IMG/VR virus record: IMGVR_UViG_3300031566_008582
Reading direction: 5' to 3' (one strand)
Origin: a virus
DNA length: 64,000 nt
Below, in pieces: positions 19,938 to 30,422 of this stretch (positions within the stretch are counted from its first letter, which is position 1; the number at the start of each line of letters is the position of its first letter). The translations under genes and the position numbers were made by a program. The notes below the pieces were generated by a model. That model saw only the letters and a program-made list of their open reading frames with translations. It was not told the DNA's origin and did no database searches.

Positions 19938-21689
19938 ATGGCAATAAGTAAAGCAAGAGCATATTGGACTCCGAGATATAGCCAGGTAGTAAAAGACCTA
20001 GAGGCAATAGTTGGTAAAACTAAATATTATGACTATAGTCCGGTATTAATGCGACAAATAGATCAAAATACTGGTGTAGAGGTATGGGGAGTTTTTAAAA
20101 CTAATGATGACACAACTACCGGAAAATTATCATACATTACAGTTTTACGACAGGGGGGTTATCCAATTCCACATGATGGGTTTGGGTTAGCTTGGAAAAA
20201 AACTATTTTACATCCTGGTGATTCTTCGGCTATGTATAATGTATATTTAGTTGACAATGATGTGCTGCATGAAGAAGTGTATGCTCTTAATGAAATGATT
20301 GTTCAGGACGCTGGTATCAATAACTTTCTAATTGCTGGTAAAAGAGAAATTTTAGCTGGTACTTGGTACAAATTTAAAATAAGGGTACAGGCAAATTATT
20401 CTACACGTATTTGGATAATGGAGGATACTTATACTTGGGACCAAGCAGTAAATTTACCTTACAATGGCGGCGATAATCCAACAGGTTATTGTCTAGATCG
20501 TGGGGCTCAAGTAGCTGGTGCGACTACAGCCGCGTATGTGCCTATTTCACAAGGCACTTATTTCGGAATTGGCGTCCCAGAAACACAAAATTCGGAATGG
20601 TGGTACAGAGATATTGTTATAGCCAGTATAGCTGACGCGTATCCGATGCAATTATTTAAACTAGAAGCTCCTGGACAATATTTTAATTCGGGGTCACCGG
20701 CACACGTATATTACAATGGTTATGGGCAATGGAATGCCGAGACACCGTTTGGTAATGGCGTTTCTTTATATATTTGGAACGTTACTAATAGCGAATGGGA
20801 ACTGGCAGGGACTAACACTGCGACTGCTGAAGCAGAACCACAGGATAAAGTCATAGACTACACATTACCGGATATAGACGATTATATTACTACAACTCTT
20901 GGAGTTGATCATTTTACATTATTAGCATATGCAACGGAAGCCGATGAGACAGCCATATTACGCACACATTATATTGGAATAGATAATGTATTTCCTTCAG
21001 GAATTCATATGGGGAATATGTTAGATATATACGTGCATGCTCCAGATAGGTTTTCTACGGCTGAAAATGATGCAGGTGCTGTAAGTTCTGTTATGCTAAC
21101 AGCCGACGAAGGGTTTAATTTACCTATTCAAGAAATACTTGAAGTTAGAGGTCCTGGTGGTACGTTGTTAACACGAAACGTAGATTATTCAATTAGCTTG
21201 GGAGACACAGGTAACGCGTGGTCAACTAAATCAAACCAATCAATTAATATTGTTGGTGGACCGCTGTCTATTACGGTGCTGTACAGATATTATATAGATG
21301 GAGCCACTTTGCAAGATTTTGTGGAAGATAATTCTGTTAGAAACGCTGGAACGGACAATTTAGTAAAGATTGTTCCTCCCGCTACCATAGAGATAGAATC
21401 ACTAGAATATAGAGACGGGCCTGCTCAAGAAGATGTTAGAACATCAGTGGCCGCCTGGATTAATGATTTAGGTAACGACACAACATTCGAAATTACAGAC
21501 CTAATTAATTATTTATATTCTTTAGGAATTACCTATGTAGATCTGGATTCACTAATTATTAATGTTCGAAAATATGATTATACTGGAGCGTTGGTTGATA
21601 GTAGCGAGATAACTTCCGACTATACTATAACAACAATGAACGCGTTTGTAACAGACACAAGTCAATTATATGGGATAATTAGATTATAA
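19938..21689 (+). CDS. Baseplate protein with baseplate J-like C-terminus
   Basis: C-terminal DNLVKIVPP...SVAAWINDL...FEITDLINYLY resembles baseplate J end. Confidence 0.6.
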   Translation: MAISKARAYWTPRYSQVVKDLEAIVGKTKYYDYSPVLMRQIDQNTGVEVWGVFKTNDDTTTGKLSYITVLRQGGYPIPHDGFGLAWKKTILHPGDSSAMYNVYLVDNDVLHEEVYALNEMIVQDAGINNFLIAGKREILAGTWYKFKIRVQANYSTRIWIMEDTYTWDQAVNLPYNGGDNPTGYCLDRGAQVAGATTAAYVPISQGTYFGIGVPETQNSEWWYRDIVIASIADAYPMQLFKLEAPGQYFNSGSPAHVYYNGYGQWNAETPFGNGVSLYIWNVTNSEWELAGTNTATAEAEPQDKVIDYTLPDIDDYITTTLGVDHFTLLAYATEADETAILRTHYIGIDNVFPSGIHMGNMLDIYVHAPDRFSTAENDAGAVSSVMLTADEGFNLPIQEILEVRGPGGTLLTRNVDYSISLGDTGNAWSTKSNQSINIVGGPLSITVLYRYYIDGATLQDFVEDNSVRNAGTDNLVKIVPPATIEIESLEYRDGPAQEDVRTSVAAWINDLGNDTTFEITDLINYLYSLGITYVDLDSLIINVRKYDYTGALVDSSEITSDYTITTMNAFVTDTSQLYGIIRL

Positions 21690-22762
21690 TGCCACAACGA
21701 TATAATGTTTCAACTTTATGGCAATCTTTAGGATCTTTTTGGGCGGACTTCGAAGACAAAGGTGTTATGGAAGTTGTTTGGAATGCCTATAGAGATATTA
21801 TTACAGAAGAATATAGAACAACTTATCAACTTAATCTTTCTAAAGCATTTCAATACATGCCGGATTATTTTGAAGAACGCCTGCATTATTTTGATATTAT
21901 TTATAGTGCGGACACCGCTACTTATTCTGGATTAGTTAATACTACTATAATTTCAGGATTATATAATTATTATGTGCCTGGTGAGATCTTTAGTATAGTT
22001 TCTGGATTAGACCATTATTATTATTTAAATGAAGATAATCAAAGAATGTATGAACATTTAACGGAAGATACTGATTTTGAAATAATTGACTATAGTAGAA
22101 TTCAGTTTTTAAATAATCCTCCTTTCACAGCCGACGGAGATCTAGCTAATGTTGACGGCGGTAGTTTATACGCACCAGCAGTATTTCGAATAAATCCTAT
22201 TATGTTCGCGTTATTTGGAACATTGGTTGATATTACCAAAGAACAGTTTAAAGAAAGAAAATATCACGCTTTTAAAACTGAGGTTACTAATTTTGAACAA
22301 CAAAAAACAGACTTAAAACATTTTAAATATTTGATATGGTCATTAAATTATTTAAAGCGACAAAAACCAACAATAGAAGTATTAAAAAAATTATATGGAG
22401 TAGCAAAAGGAGTTCCTTTTGCATATGTCTCAGGATATGTTGAGTCTATTGGTATAGATGGAAGTAATTATACTTTAACTATTGCGGAAGAAACTTATTA
22501 TGTCCCGGACATTTTAACTTTAGCTGTAACTAGCGGACAAGCGATAGGCCAGTTCGATTTACTGGTGAGTGGCATTGAGGTCCGCGATTATATTACAGAT
22601 CAAGCTAGAATGATAGAATTGGCGGAAGAGCCCTGGCAAGCACGAGCTATGCTAGAATTTGTTGCTGATTCAAGTTTAAATATTTTAGATTACGACGAAA
22701 CTTTTGTTAGCGGCATAGTAACTGATATTACTCCAGCATATATGACCGCCTACTTTAATTAA
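21689..22762 (+). CDS. Baseplate wedge/tail protein
   Basis: LWQSLGSFWADF N-terminus, KPTIEVLKKL; coupled in operon. Confidence 0.55.
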   Translation: MPQRYNVSTLWQSLGSFWADFEDKGVMEVVWNAYRDIITEEYRTTYQLNLSKAFQYMPDYFEERLHYFDIIYSADTATYSGLVNTTIISGLYNYYVPGEIFSIVSGLDHYYYLNEDNQRMYEHLTEDTDFEIIDYSRIQFLNNPPFTADGDLANVDGGSLYAPAVFRINPIMFALFGTLVDITKEQFKERKYHAFKTEVTNFEQQKTDLKHFKYLIWSLNYLKRQKPTIEVLKKLYGVAKGVPFAYVSGYVESIGIDGSNYTLTIAEETYYVPDILTLAVTSGQAIGQFDLLVSGIEVRDYITDQARMIELAEEPWQARAMLEFVADSSLNILDYDETFVSGIVTDITPAYMTAYFN

Positions 22763-22773
22763 GAGGTTATTAA

Positions 22774-24996
22774 ATGGAACGCGAAATAGTTAATGCGGGT
22801 GCAAAACTTTCTCTCTCGTCTTTATTTGAACATCTACAAGATGATGTTAAATTAAATACGTATAGAGATTTTGACCAGATTATAGACACATACGGCATCA
22901 ATTGCGACACTGTATCAGGACTTGTCCCTGCTAGTGACACCACATTAAAGGTTACAGCTGCTGGTGCTCAAATAGCTATTAATACGGGCACCGGTTTGAC
23001 TGCCGCGTTTAATTATATTGATGTCTCTACGCCAGACACAAGTACTCCGCCCGGCAATAATACTTACACAGTTTATATAAAATATGTGGAAAATCAAGAC
23101 GAACAAGTAGATATCATTAATGGGTTTTTGTATGCGACTGGGGAGCCAACTGTACCTTCACGTGGACACGCTGATTATGAAATAGTGTATGATACAGATC
23201 CGGGAGTATCTGGGTTAACATTGGCTGAAATCGTAGTAAGCACCGGAACAGTACAGTCAGTTACAGATTTAAGACATGCCAATGTATTAAAATTAAAACA
23301 TTGTGTATTTCCAGACACTGTAGTAAAAATAGATAGAGATTCTGACATAGCTGGAAAACTTACGGCTAATTATATTGGTACTAAGGGTCCCGAAGGGTAC
23401 GAAATGCTTATAAATACGGCCGGTATGACACAAGACGAAGAACTTAGCGCTTCGGGAATTGTACAAGCACACGATTATAGACATTGGCACGGTAATGAAG
23501 TTACACAAGGCAGTAGAACAGTATTGGATAGTGTAAGTGCTATTACAGCACATTCAGAACTTAAAGCAGCTTTTAGGTATGGTGTAATAAATTTTCAAGA
23601 AGGTAATGGAGATAGATGGATTGTTACGAAAATAATTCCAAGTAAACCTAATACACCTACTGATTTAACTATCGGCTTACGCGAACTGGTGCCCGATGAT
23701 ATTACCACGAAAGCACTAACTAATAGTATTAGATCTTATACTGTTAAAGAAATTTCTTTAGCTCATAATATAAATGCTAATACAGCCCTAACAGATTGGC
23801 GACAATCTATTGTTACTTATCAAACAGCACACCCAACCTGGGGCGCTGACGAGTTATATGCTGTCTCAGGTTTAGAAGCCACAATGTCTGGATTATTCAA
23901 TCAAGGTTATGCCTACGACGCTGGTGGTATTGTTCCTGAAGAAAATTATGATCCTGAAGGACTAACAGCGTTAGGTTGGAACGAAACCGGTGGAACCATA
24001 ACAGACGTTTTGGAAGCCATAGATCTTACTTTAGCATTTAGCGATGACGCGAAAAGCACTTTAAATTCTGATATGGCAATTATTTCTAAAGAAATATTAA
24101 ATAAAGAATCAGAAATTAAAACACACCCAGATAAAGGAAAAAGGCAGTTTGAAGCTCTTTGTAAGTGGACACGGCCCGCTTTAGTAGATTTAGAACCTAT
24201 CGTAAAATATCAATTAAAAATATATAAACTAACACATACTTCAACCGCCGTAGCGGATGGAACCCCTCTTACAACTCTTCTGTCTAACTATACTGCAGAA
24301 ATTGTTAAAGATATAAACGTTGAATCAGTAGCAGCGGGAATACGTTGGACAGAAAAAGGCAATACAACCGTAAAAGCCGGAGTAACCCAAACAGCGTCTA
24401 AAATTTATTTAAATAGTACCACAGGAATGGATGCACTGGACGCGATAAATATTACAGTTAGTGGTTTAGGGCAATATTCTGCCATTATAAAAACTGTCAG
24501 TAGTGATGGCGACGGGGTTTATATAGATTTAGCCCTGCCTTTAACTAACTCATATAACAATGAAGTAATTCCATTAGCTGAAGACACCGTTTTATCTTAC
24601 GCCGAAGTAGTTGAAAGTTTAGATCAATATTGGATTGACGGTGTGTACAAAACAACTTATGCATTTCCTATTGATGTTGATCAATACTACATTGTCTATA
24701 TCAGATCAGTTAGTAAATATGGAATAGTGTCTGATTGGTCAAATGGTGTTAAAGTTACAACTAATGATCTGTCGAGTGGGGGTGTTACTTTAGCTAATAA
24801 ATCTAAAGAAGACAAAACATTTCTGGCTCAAGCAAAAGAAATAGAAAGAAAAGAAATAAAAAGAGAATTTGAAACGCAAATACTGGCCTTACAACAGCAA
24901 GTTGCAGCGTTACCTACACAAGACCAAGTTAGTAATTTAAGTGTAGAACTTTCCAGTTTGGATACCAGAGTTGGTAGTTTAGAAACACCAGCATAA
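22774..24996 (+). CDS. Putative tail fibre/structural protein
   Basis: 740 aa beta-rich with FN3-like segments and C-terminal coiled coil. Confidence 0.55.
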   Translation: MEREIVNAGAKLSLSSLFEHLQDDVKLNTYRDFDQIIDTYGINCDTVSGLVPASDTTLKVTAAGAQIAINTGTGLTAAFNYIDVSTPDTSTPPGNNTYTVYIKYVENQDEQVDIINGFLYATGEPTVPSRGHADYEIVYDTDPGVSGLTLAEIVVSTGTVQSVTDLRHANVLKLKHCVFPDTVVKIDRDSDIAGKLTANYIGTKGPEGYEMLINTAGMTQDEELSASGIVQAHDYRHWHGNEVTQGSRTVLDSVSAITAHSELKAAFRYGVINFQEGNGDRWIVTKIIPSKPNTPTDLTIGLRELVPDDITTKALTNSIRSYTVKEISLAHNINANTALTDWRQSIVTYQTAHPTWGADELYAVSGLEATMSGLFNQGYAYDAGGIVPEENYDPEGLTALGWNETGGTITDVLEAIDLTLAFSDDAKSTLNSDMAIISKEILNKESEIKTHPDKGKRQFEALCKWTRPALVDLEPIVKYQLKIYKLTHTSTAVADGTPLTTLLSNYTAEIVKDINVESVAAGIRWTEKGNTTVKAGVTQTASKIYLNSTTGMDALDAINITVSGLGQYSAIIKTVSSDGDGVYIDLALPLTNSYNNEVIPLAEDTVLSYAEVVESLDQYWIDGVYKTTYAFPIDVDQYYIVYIRSVSKYGIVSDWSNGVKVTTNDLSSGGVTLANKSKEDKTFLAQAKEIERKEIKREFETQILALQQQVAALPTQDQVSNLSVELSSLDTRVGSLETPA

Positions 24997-25000
24997 AATT

Positions 25001-25633
25001 ATGGCTAGAATTCGTCGAACAAATTTGTCACATACGTTTACCGGGTTACCGCCTAATATTACAGTAATGTTAGTAGACGGACTATATAAAGTAGAAACTA
25101 ATGATGTCTGGAAAGCTTTACCTAGACACGTTGGTCAAACATCAACGGAAGGTGTAATAAGGTTCGATAATTTAAGGGACTCTATTTATTCATTGTTAGT
25201 AGTAGATTTTGATTATTCAGATAAATCTCAATACTACATACAAATTGGTGATCCTGATTTATTTGATACTATTATTTATCATACTATTCCTACCCCAGTA
25301 ATTATTACATCTGTTACTACGGGTGTGGAAGGCACGGTTATTTATATAGATATAACTTGGAAGTTAGCTCCTAATGGAGTGGACGGGTTCTATCATATTT
25401 ATATGCAACCACAAGATGGTGTGTGGTCTGAAAGATTGGTAATTGATAATCCTAAAACTTTTAGTGCCAGGATATCCACCAGTCTAAAATATTATACACA
25501 ATACACATTTAAAATAAGAACGCTAAATGAAGATGGTAAACCTAGCGCCTTTTCAAATTTAATGTCAGTTATTACACCAGAGCTTGAACACGAAGATACT
25601 ACACCGCCGTATAATGCAACCTTTATCCAATAA
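25001..25633 (+). CDS. Fibronectin type III domain protein
   Basis: ITW...GFYHIY...QYTFKIRTLNEDGKPSAFS pattern. Confidence 0.6.
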   Translation: MARIRRTNLSHTFTGLPPNITVMLVDGLYKVETNDVWKALPRHVGQTSTEGVIRFDNLRDSIYSLLVVDFDYSDKSQYYIQIGDPDLFDTIIYHTIPTPVIITSVTTGVEGTVIYIDITWKLAPNGVDGFYHIYMQPQDGVWSERLVIDNPKTFSARISTSLKYYTQYTFKIRTLNEDGKPSAFSNLMSVITPELEHEDTTPPYNATFIQ

Positions 25634-26349
25634 TGTGTGTGGAAAAAATTTCGGCCTTTATACGAATGAGGAATGCACAATATACAATTAAAGCTTGTAT
25701 ATTGTCGGTAATTGACTACGTGGATGAAATAATTGTTGTTAATAACAACGATGCTACTAGTTTTAAAATACTAAAAGAATTAAATAATTCAAAAATAAAA
25801 ATTTATGATTGGCCTTATGAAATTGTAAAAGTTTGGACATCTGAAACAAATAATCTGCCTTGTGACGATTGTCATTCATTAATTGCTATGAGCAATTTTG
25901 CTCTAGATAAATGTTCTAATGATTGGTGTTTAAAGGTAGATTCTGATATGGTATTTTTTAAAACTGGGATGGAAGCGATTTTAAATACTAATTTTATTCA
26001 GCCGTTTTTAGGGGTTGGAGGATATGAGTGTACTGATCCTTTTAATTTTACTTATGAATTTTTTGGAGAGGAGCCCAGATTTTTTAATAAGACTTTGGAG
26101 GGAGGATTACAATTTCGCAAATATTTTAATACAGGCGGTGAAATTATTTGGAACCCGGCATGGTCTATGGATACTAAAAATTGGGGCCCAAGATACAGTA
26201 ATTTAAACAAAAAAAGATGTTGGGTCCATTACGGCTGGTCGACATCGTCAGACCCACAACGACCTTATAGAGGTTTGAAACAGACCGCTATTAATTTTAG
26301 TCACCATAGAGATATTATTCCTAGTTTACATAAAATTTTTAATCAATAA
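25633..26349 (+). CDS. Glycosyltransferase family 2-like
   Basis: RMRNAQYTI..SVIDYVDEIIVVNN, SNFALDKCSNDWCLKVDSD. Confidence 0.75.
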   Translation: MCVEKISAFIRMRNAQYTIKACILSVIDYVDEIIVVNNNDATSFKILKELNNSKIKIYDWPYEIVKVWTSETNNLPCDDCHSLIAMSNFALDKCSNDWCLKVDSDMVFFKTGMEAILNTNFIQPFLGVGGYECTDPFNFTYEFFGEEPRFFNKTLEGGLQFRKYFNTGGEIIWNPAWSMDTKNWGPRYSNLNKKRCWVHYGWSTSSDPQRPYRGLKQTAINFSHHRDIIPSLHKIFNQ

Positions 26350-26355
26350 AAGATA

Positions 26356-27525
26356 ATGAGAAAATTTAGGATCCATGTGCTTTCTTTAGCACACACCAAG
26401 TGTAACGACGATTATGTAAAATGTGCTTATACACAAAAAGCATACAACATGTGTAAGATGATGTCATCATTAGGACACGAAGTATATTTATATGCTCCTT
26501 ATAATAAACCGACTGATGCCCCACTTCCGCCCCACGATAAATTTATTCCCGTTGTCAGCGAAAAAACTTGGGATGACTATTTGAAGTATTACAATACTAA
26601 TGATCAATTTTTTAAATTTGCAGTTGACGATCCAGTTTGGGACGAACTACGAAGAACCCTAAAAATAGAATTACCTAAAAATATTGATCCTGACACAGAA
26701 AATTTTGTTCTTTGCTGGTTTGGTCATTATTTTGATGAACCCACTAAAGGGTTGCCTGGTAATACGTTCGTTATTGAGGCTGGAATTGGATACACTGGAA
26801 CATTTTGTAATATGCGAGGACGTGTCTTTGAAAGTAATGCTTGGTGTTCATGGGTGTACGGACGACAAAACATAGAGCAAGGAAATTGGTACGATACTGT
26901 TATTCCTAATAGTTATGATCCTGACGATTTTCCGTATAGTGCTGAAAAAGATGATTATTTTTTATTTGTAGGTAGATGTATCGAAACAAAAGGAATTAAT
27001 ATCGCCGAACAAGTCGCCAGAAAATTAGGTAAAAAATTATACATCGCTGGACAATGCTCAAGCAACTTGAAAGCTTTAGGCGTAACATTAGACGATCAAG
27101 TACAATATATTGGAGTATTAAATAAAGAAGAACGTGGGGAATGGATGAAAAAAGCGCAAGCTGTTTTTATTGCCACATACTATTGGCCGCCTTTCGAGGG
27201 AGTTCATATTGAAAGTATGTTTTGTGGGACCCCCGTTATCACAAGCCCGTTTGGAGTTTTTAGCGAAACCGTCCAAAACAACAAAGTAGGATTTCGTTGT
27301 GCAAGTTTCAAAGAAATGCTGTGGGCCGCGCAACATGTTAAAAATCTAGATTCTTATAAAATTAGAAGATACGCAATAGACAATTTTTCTTTAGATCGGG
27401 TTCGTTGGATGTATCAAAGATATTTTGAGCAATTTAGCGATCTTTATAAAGCTGGAGGATGGTATGAAACTGAAAAAAATCCAGTTGAATCTTTAGATCG
27501 TCACGATAAATATTATGTTATATAG
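26356..27525 (+). CDS. Glycosyltransferase family 4 (GT-B)
   Basis: YFLFVGRCIETKG, PPFEGVHIESMFCGTPVIT. Confidence 0.85.
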   Translation: MRKFRIHVLSLAHTKCNDDYVKCAYTQKAYNMCKMMSSLGHEVYLYAPYNKPTDAPLPPHDKFIPVVSEKTWDDYLKYYNTNDQFFKFAVDDPVWDELRRTLKIELPKNIDPDTENFVLCWFGHYFDEPTKGLPGNTFVIEAGIGYTGTFCNMRGRVFESNAWCSWVYGRQNIEQGNWYDTVIPNSYDPDDFPYSAEKDDYFLFVGRCIETKGINIAEQVARKLGKKLYIAGQCSSNLKALGVTLDDQVQYIGVLNKEERGEWMKKAQAVFIATYYWPPFEGVHIESMFCGTPVITSPFGVFSETVQNNKVGFRCASFKEMLWAAQHVKNLDSYKIRRYAIDNFSLDRVRWMYQRYFEQFSDLYKAGGWYETEKNPVESLDRHDKYYVI

Positions 27526-27550
27526 AGGTATCATTTATAAGACATGATAT

Positions 27551-27580
27551 AAAAAAAGAGCCCAGGGCAGACTCTTTTTT
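27551..27580. terminator. Bidirectional terminator between convergent genes
   Basis: AAAAAAGAG...CTCTTTTTT inverted repeat. Confidence 0.55.
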
Positions 27581-27601
27581 AGCCTGTTTTTAAATTTAAT
27601 G

Positions 27602-28918
27602 CTATTTGACTAAAAGCATCTTTTTCGTTTCAGTAAAATCACCGGCCTGGATTTTATAGAAATACATTCCTGATGGAAAATCACCGGCATTCCAGGTTAC
27701 TCGATATTGCCCGGCAGGTTGATCGATACCAGATATGGTTTCAATATGATGACCGAGGAGATCATAAATATCTAGCTTAACATTAGTGGGCTGAAAGAGA
27801 AAGTAACTGATCGTTGTTGAAGCATTGAAAGGGTTCGGATAGTTTTGCTTTAGCGAACACTTTAACGGCAAGCTAACAATATCCTCTAATACATCTTGGG
27901 CATCACAGCCTACTCCAAACGCCCCGATATTATTACTGTCCTCGCCAGTTCCTATACAAGGGGAATCACTCTGTAATAGATAATTGGCTGTATCTGACCA
28001 ACAAAATAACGGGTCTTCGTGAATATTGTGGACCCCCAAAACCGTTGTATCCTCGACGTCGCTGTAAGAAATTGAGTATATACTGCTTCCGTGAGTAGTG
28101 AAGCCATTATTCCAGACTATGGTGTTAGAAATGATCACGTCTGAATACTGTTCCAGGTACACTCCTGTTCCAGGATAGTTATCGGTAATAGTAGTATTTG
28201 ACATCAAGAATTTGGAATGATACGCGTATAAGCCGCCGCCTTCGGTTGAAGCTTCGTTGTTGGCAATAAGGTTGTAGTGAAATTCTGGTGTTGGTTCTTG
28301 CATGTTCTCGGACATAAAAATGCCGGCTCCTGTCACAGCATGATTATTGCAAATACGGTTATAGGAAATAACCGAATATGACCAACAAATAAAGATTCCT
28401 CCGCCTCTCTCGACAGCGGTATTATCGGCAATTAGGTTTTCGGAAATTACAGGATTTGAACCGGTCCACAGAAAAATTCCGCCGCCCGCATCATTGGAAA
28501 TATTATTAATGATGTGATTGTTGCAAATAATCGGATCGGAAGAGATACAACTTATGCCCCCTCCATGATTTCCACGACCATTCTGAATAGTGAAGCCGAT
28601 TAACATGGAATTGCTTCCTGCGTAATAATTCTGGTAATAGAACGTTACTGTTGACCCAATTAAGCTACCATCGATAATGGTCTGATCGATATAATTGGTG
28701 TCTTCTGTTGTTAAAAACAGTGACCCTAGGACAACAGCGTGTTCTTCAAGATAAACGTTCTCATAGTAAATGCCCGGTTGAACCAGCACCGTGTCGCCAT
28801 CGATGGAGGCATCGATGCCCGCCTGGATAGTGGCGTAATCGGCGGGAATGTTGGTAATAGTAGCTGAACCCGACAACACTATCCCCATTAACATTAAAAA
28901 GCAAAGAAGAGATTTCAT
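27602..28918 (-). CDS. Secreted right-handed beta-helix (pectin lyase-like) protein with YPNPFN (FlgD/T9SS-type) C-terminal domain
   Basis: Signal peptide, TIQAGIDASIDGDTVLVQPGIYYE, NxA..GGGI repeats, QNYPNPFN...YFYKIQAGDFTETKKMLLVK. Confidence 0.85.
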   Translation of the reverse strand: MKSLLCFLMLMGIVLSGSATITNIPADYATIQAGIDASIDGDTVLVQPGIYYENVYLEEHAVVLGSLFLTTEDTNYIDQTIIDGSLIGSTVTFYYQNYYAGSNSMLIGFTIQNGRGNHGGGISCISSDPIICNNHIINNISNDAGGGIFLWTGSNPVISENLIADNTAVERGGGIFICWSYSVISYNRICNNHAVTGAGIFMSENMQEPTPEFHYNLIANNEASTEGGGLYAYHSKFLMSNTTITDNYPGTGVYLEQYSDVIISNTIVWNNGFTTHGSSIYSISYSDVEDTTVLGVHNIHEDPLFCWSDTANYLLQSDSPCIGTGEDSNNIGAFGVGCDAQDVLEDIVSLPLKCSLKQNYPNPFNASTTISYFLFQPTNVKLDIYDLLGHHIETISGIDQPAGQYRVTWNAGDFPSGMYFYKIQAGDFTETKKMLLVK

Positions 28919-28981
28919 TGGAACTCCTTTTTTAAGATAATATTATTCTTTCATTTTCTTATACCCTAATTAGAGTAAATA

Positions 28982-30355
28982 ATGGCAAGTAAAATACAAA
29001 TAAAACACGAACAGCCACTTACCTTAAAAGTAACTGGCGCGACAGATGATTCCGGTGGTTCTGGAATCAAATCTTATAGTATATATTATACGGTTGTAGC
29101 TTCTGGTATTCAGCCGGATATAACAGACGCTAAATTACTTACAACTATAGACCATCTTACAAGTATTCCTTCTACTTTATTTGCTTACACGACAAGTGGT
29201 TATCCGTCATCAGGCGAAACAGCTTCCGGTATTGTTCGTGACCATTATCACAGCGACCATATTTTTGAATATGAGTGGGACGGCTGGGAATCAGAAATGG
29301 AACATTACTTTTGGACATTGGCGGAAGATTTTTCTGGAAATAGTAGTGTTTTGGCATCAGGCGTTCATCCTGGTAACCCTATTTATAAAGAAGCAGATTA
29401 CCAAGCTGTATATGCAAAAAATATTGCTCCTAAAGTTTCCGTTCAGAATAATGTTTTCTTATTTACAGGAAAAGGGACTCAAGTTTTTAAACACGATATT
29501 GTTGGAAACAATATACAACTTTATGTTCCAGCTGAATCAGAGTTAAGAATAATATCCCCTGATCGTTCTGAGGTCATTGATAAAGGAATATTGGAAGGAT
29601 ATCATTATTTTGAGCATGCGGACGATTTGTTAATATTTGTAAGAGTTTCTGATTGGGAAACTCCAGAGGGTAATTTATTAGTTAGTGGAATTGTGACCAG
29701 CCAAGCTTATCTTTTAACTGATAATGACATAGTAATCGGGCAACTGGAAGCAGATTATGGTGCAAATTTTCCTTATTTATTAAATATGTTTTATGGCGGT
29801 AAATCGTTAATACCACATACGTCAGATTTTATGTTTGGTTTAGAAGACGATGCCCATCCCCAATATCTTTTAATAGACGGTACTCGAGATATGGCGGGTG
29901 ATCTAGACATGGGAACCAACAATATTACAAATGTTGGTACTGTAGATGGAGTAATTGTTAGTGGCCTGGTTTCTATATTATGGGCGGATTCTAGTTATAG
30001 TCTTGCTAATGATGGTGTACCGTCAACTAATGAATATGTTCAAGATGATGCTGCAACAGTTAAAATAAGAGTTTCATACGCCCATCAATCTATTTTTAAA
30101 TATATGCATTTAGATTGTAAAGCTTGGGTAGATGTGGGAGAAAATACAGGCACTATCACATTAACCTGTAATAGTGTGTCTGATGATATTATGGTACCGA
30201 ATGGCCTTGTTGGGGCGCAAGACTTGCCTTCAGCAACTATTAGTTTGTCTACATGTGTTCCAGGGAACTGTTACCAAGTTACTGTATCATTAAAAGCAGA
30301 ACAGGCTGGAGAAGTTGTTAGAATGCGTTATCCTGTAATTTACTTAACGGTATAA
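28982..30355 (+). CDS. Putative tail fibre/structural protein
   Basis: DDAHPQYL and DLDMGTNNITNV motifs common in tail fibres. Confidence 0.55.
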   Translation: MASKIQIKHEQPLTLKVTGATDDSGGSGIKSYSIYYTVVASGIQPDITDAKLLTTIDHLTSIPSTLFAYTTSGYPSSGETASGIVRDHYHSDHIFEYEWDGWESEMEHYFWTLAEDFSGNSSVLASGVHPGNPIYKEADYQAVYAKNIAPKVSVQNNVFLFTGKGTQVFKHDIVGNNIQLYVPAESELRIISPDRSEVIDKGILEGYHYFEHADDLLIFVRVSDWETPEGNLLVSGIVTSQAYLLTDNDIVIGQLEADYGANFPYLLNMFYGGKSLIPHTSDFMFGLEDDAHPQYLLIDGTRDMAGDLDMGTNNITNVGTVDGVIVSGLVSILWADSSYSLANDGVPSTNEYVQDDAATVKIRVSYAHQSIFKYMHLDCKAWVDVGENTGTITLTCNSVSDDIMVPNGLVGAQDLPSATISLSTCVPGNCYQVTVSLKAEQAGEVVRMRYPVIYLTV

Positions 30356-30363
30356 TAAATGTG

Positions 30364-30392
30364 TTGATTTTTAGTTGAAAAAGGAGTATAAT
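30364..30392 (+). promoter_or_regulatory. Sigma70-type promoter
   Basis: TTGATT-N17-TATAAT. Confidence 0.6.
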
Positions 30393-30422
30393 TAAACTAT
30401 GAACTTAGAGATGCAAATATAG

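Noticed and set aside
8948-25633. Bacterial extracellular contractile injection system or tailocin
   Set aside because: Portal-like gene, endolysin, own RNAP, tRNAs and dense small ORFs indicate a phage genome
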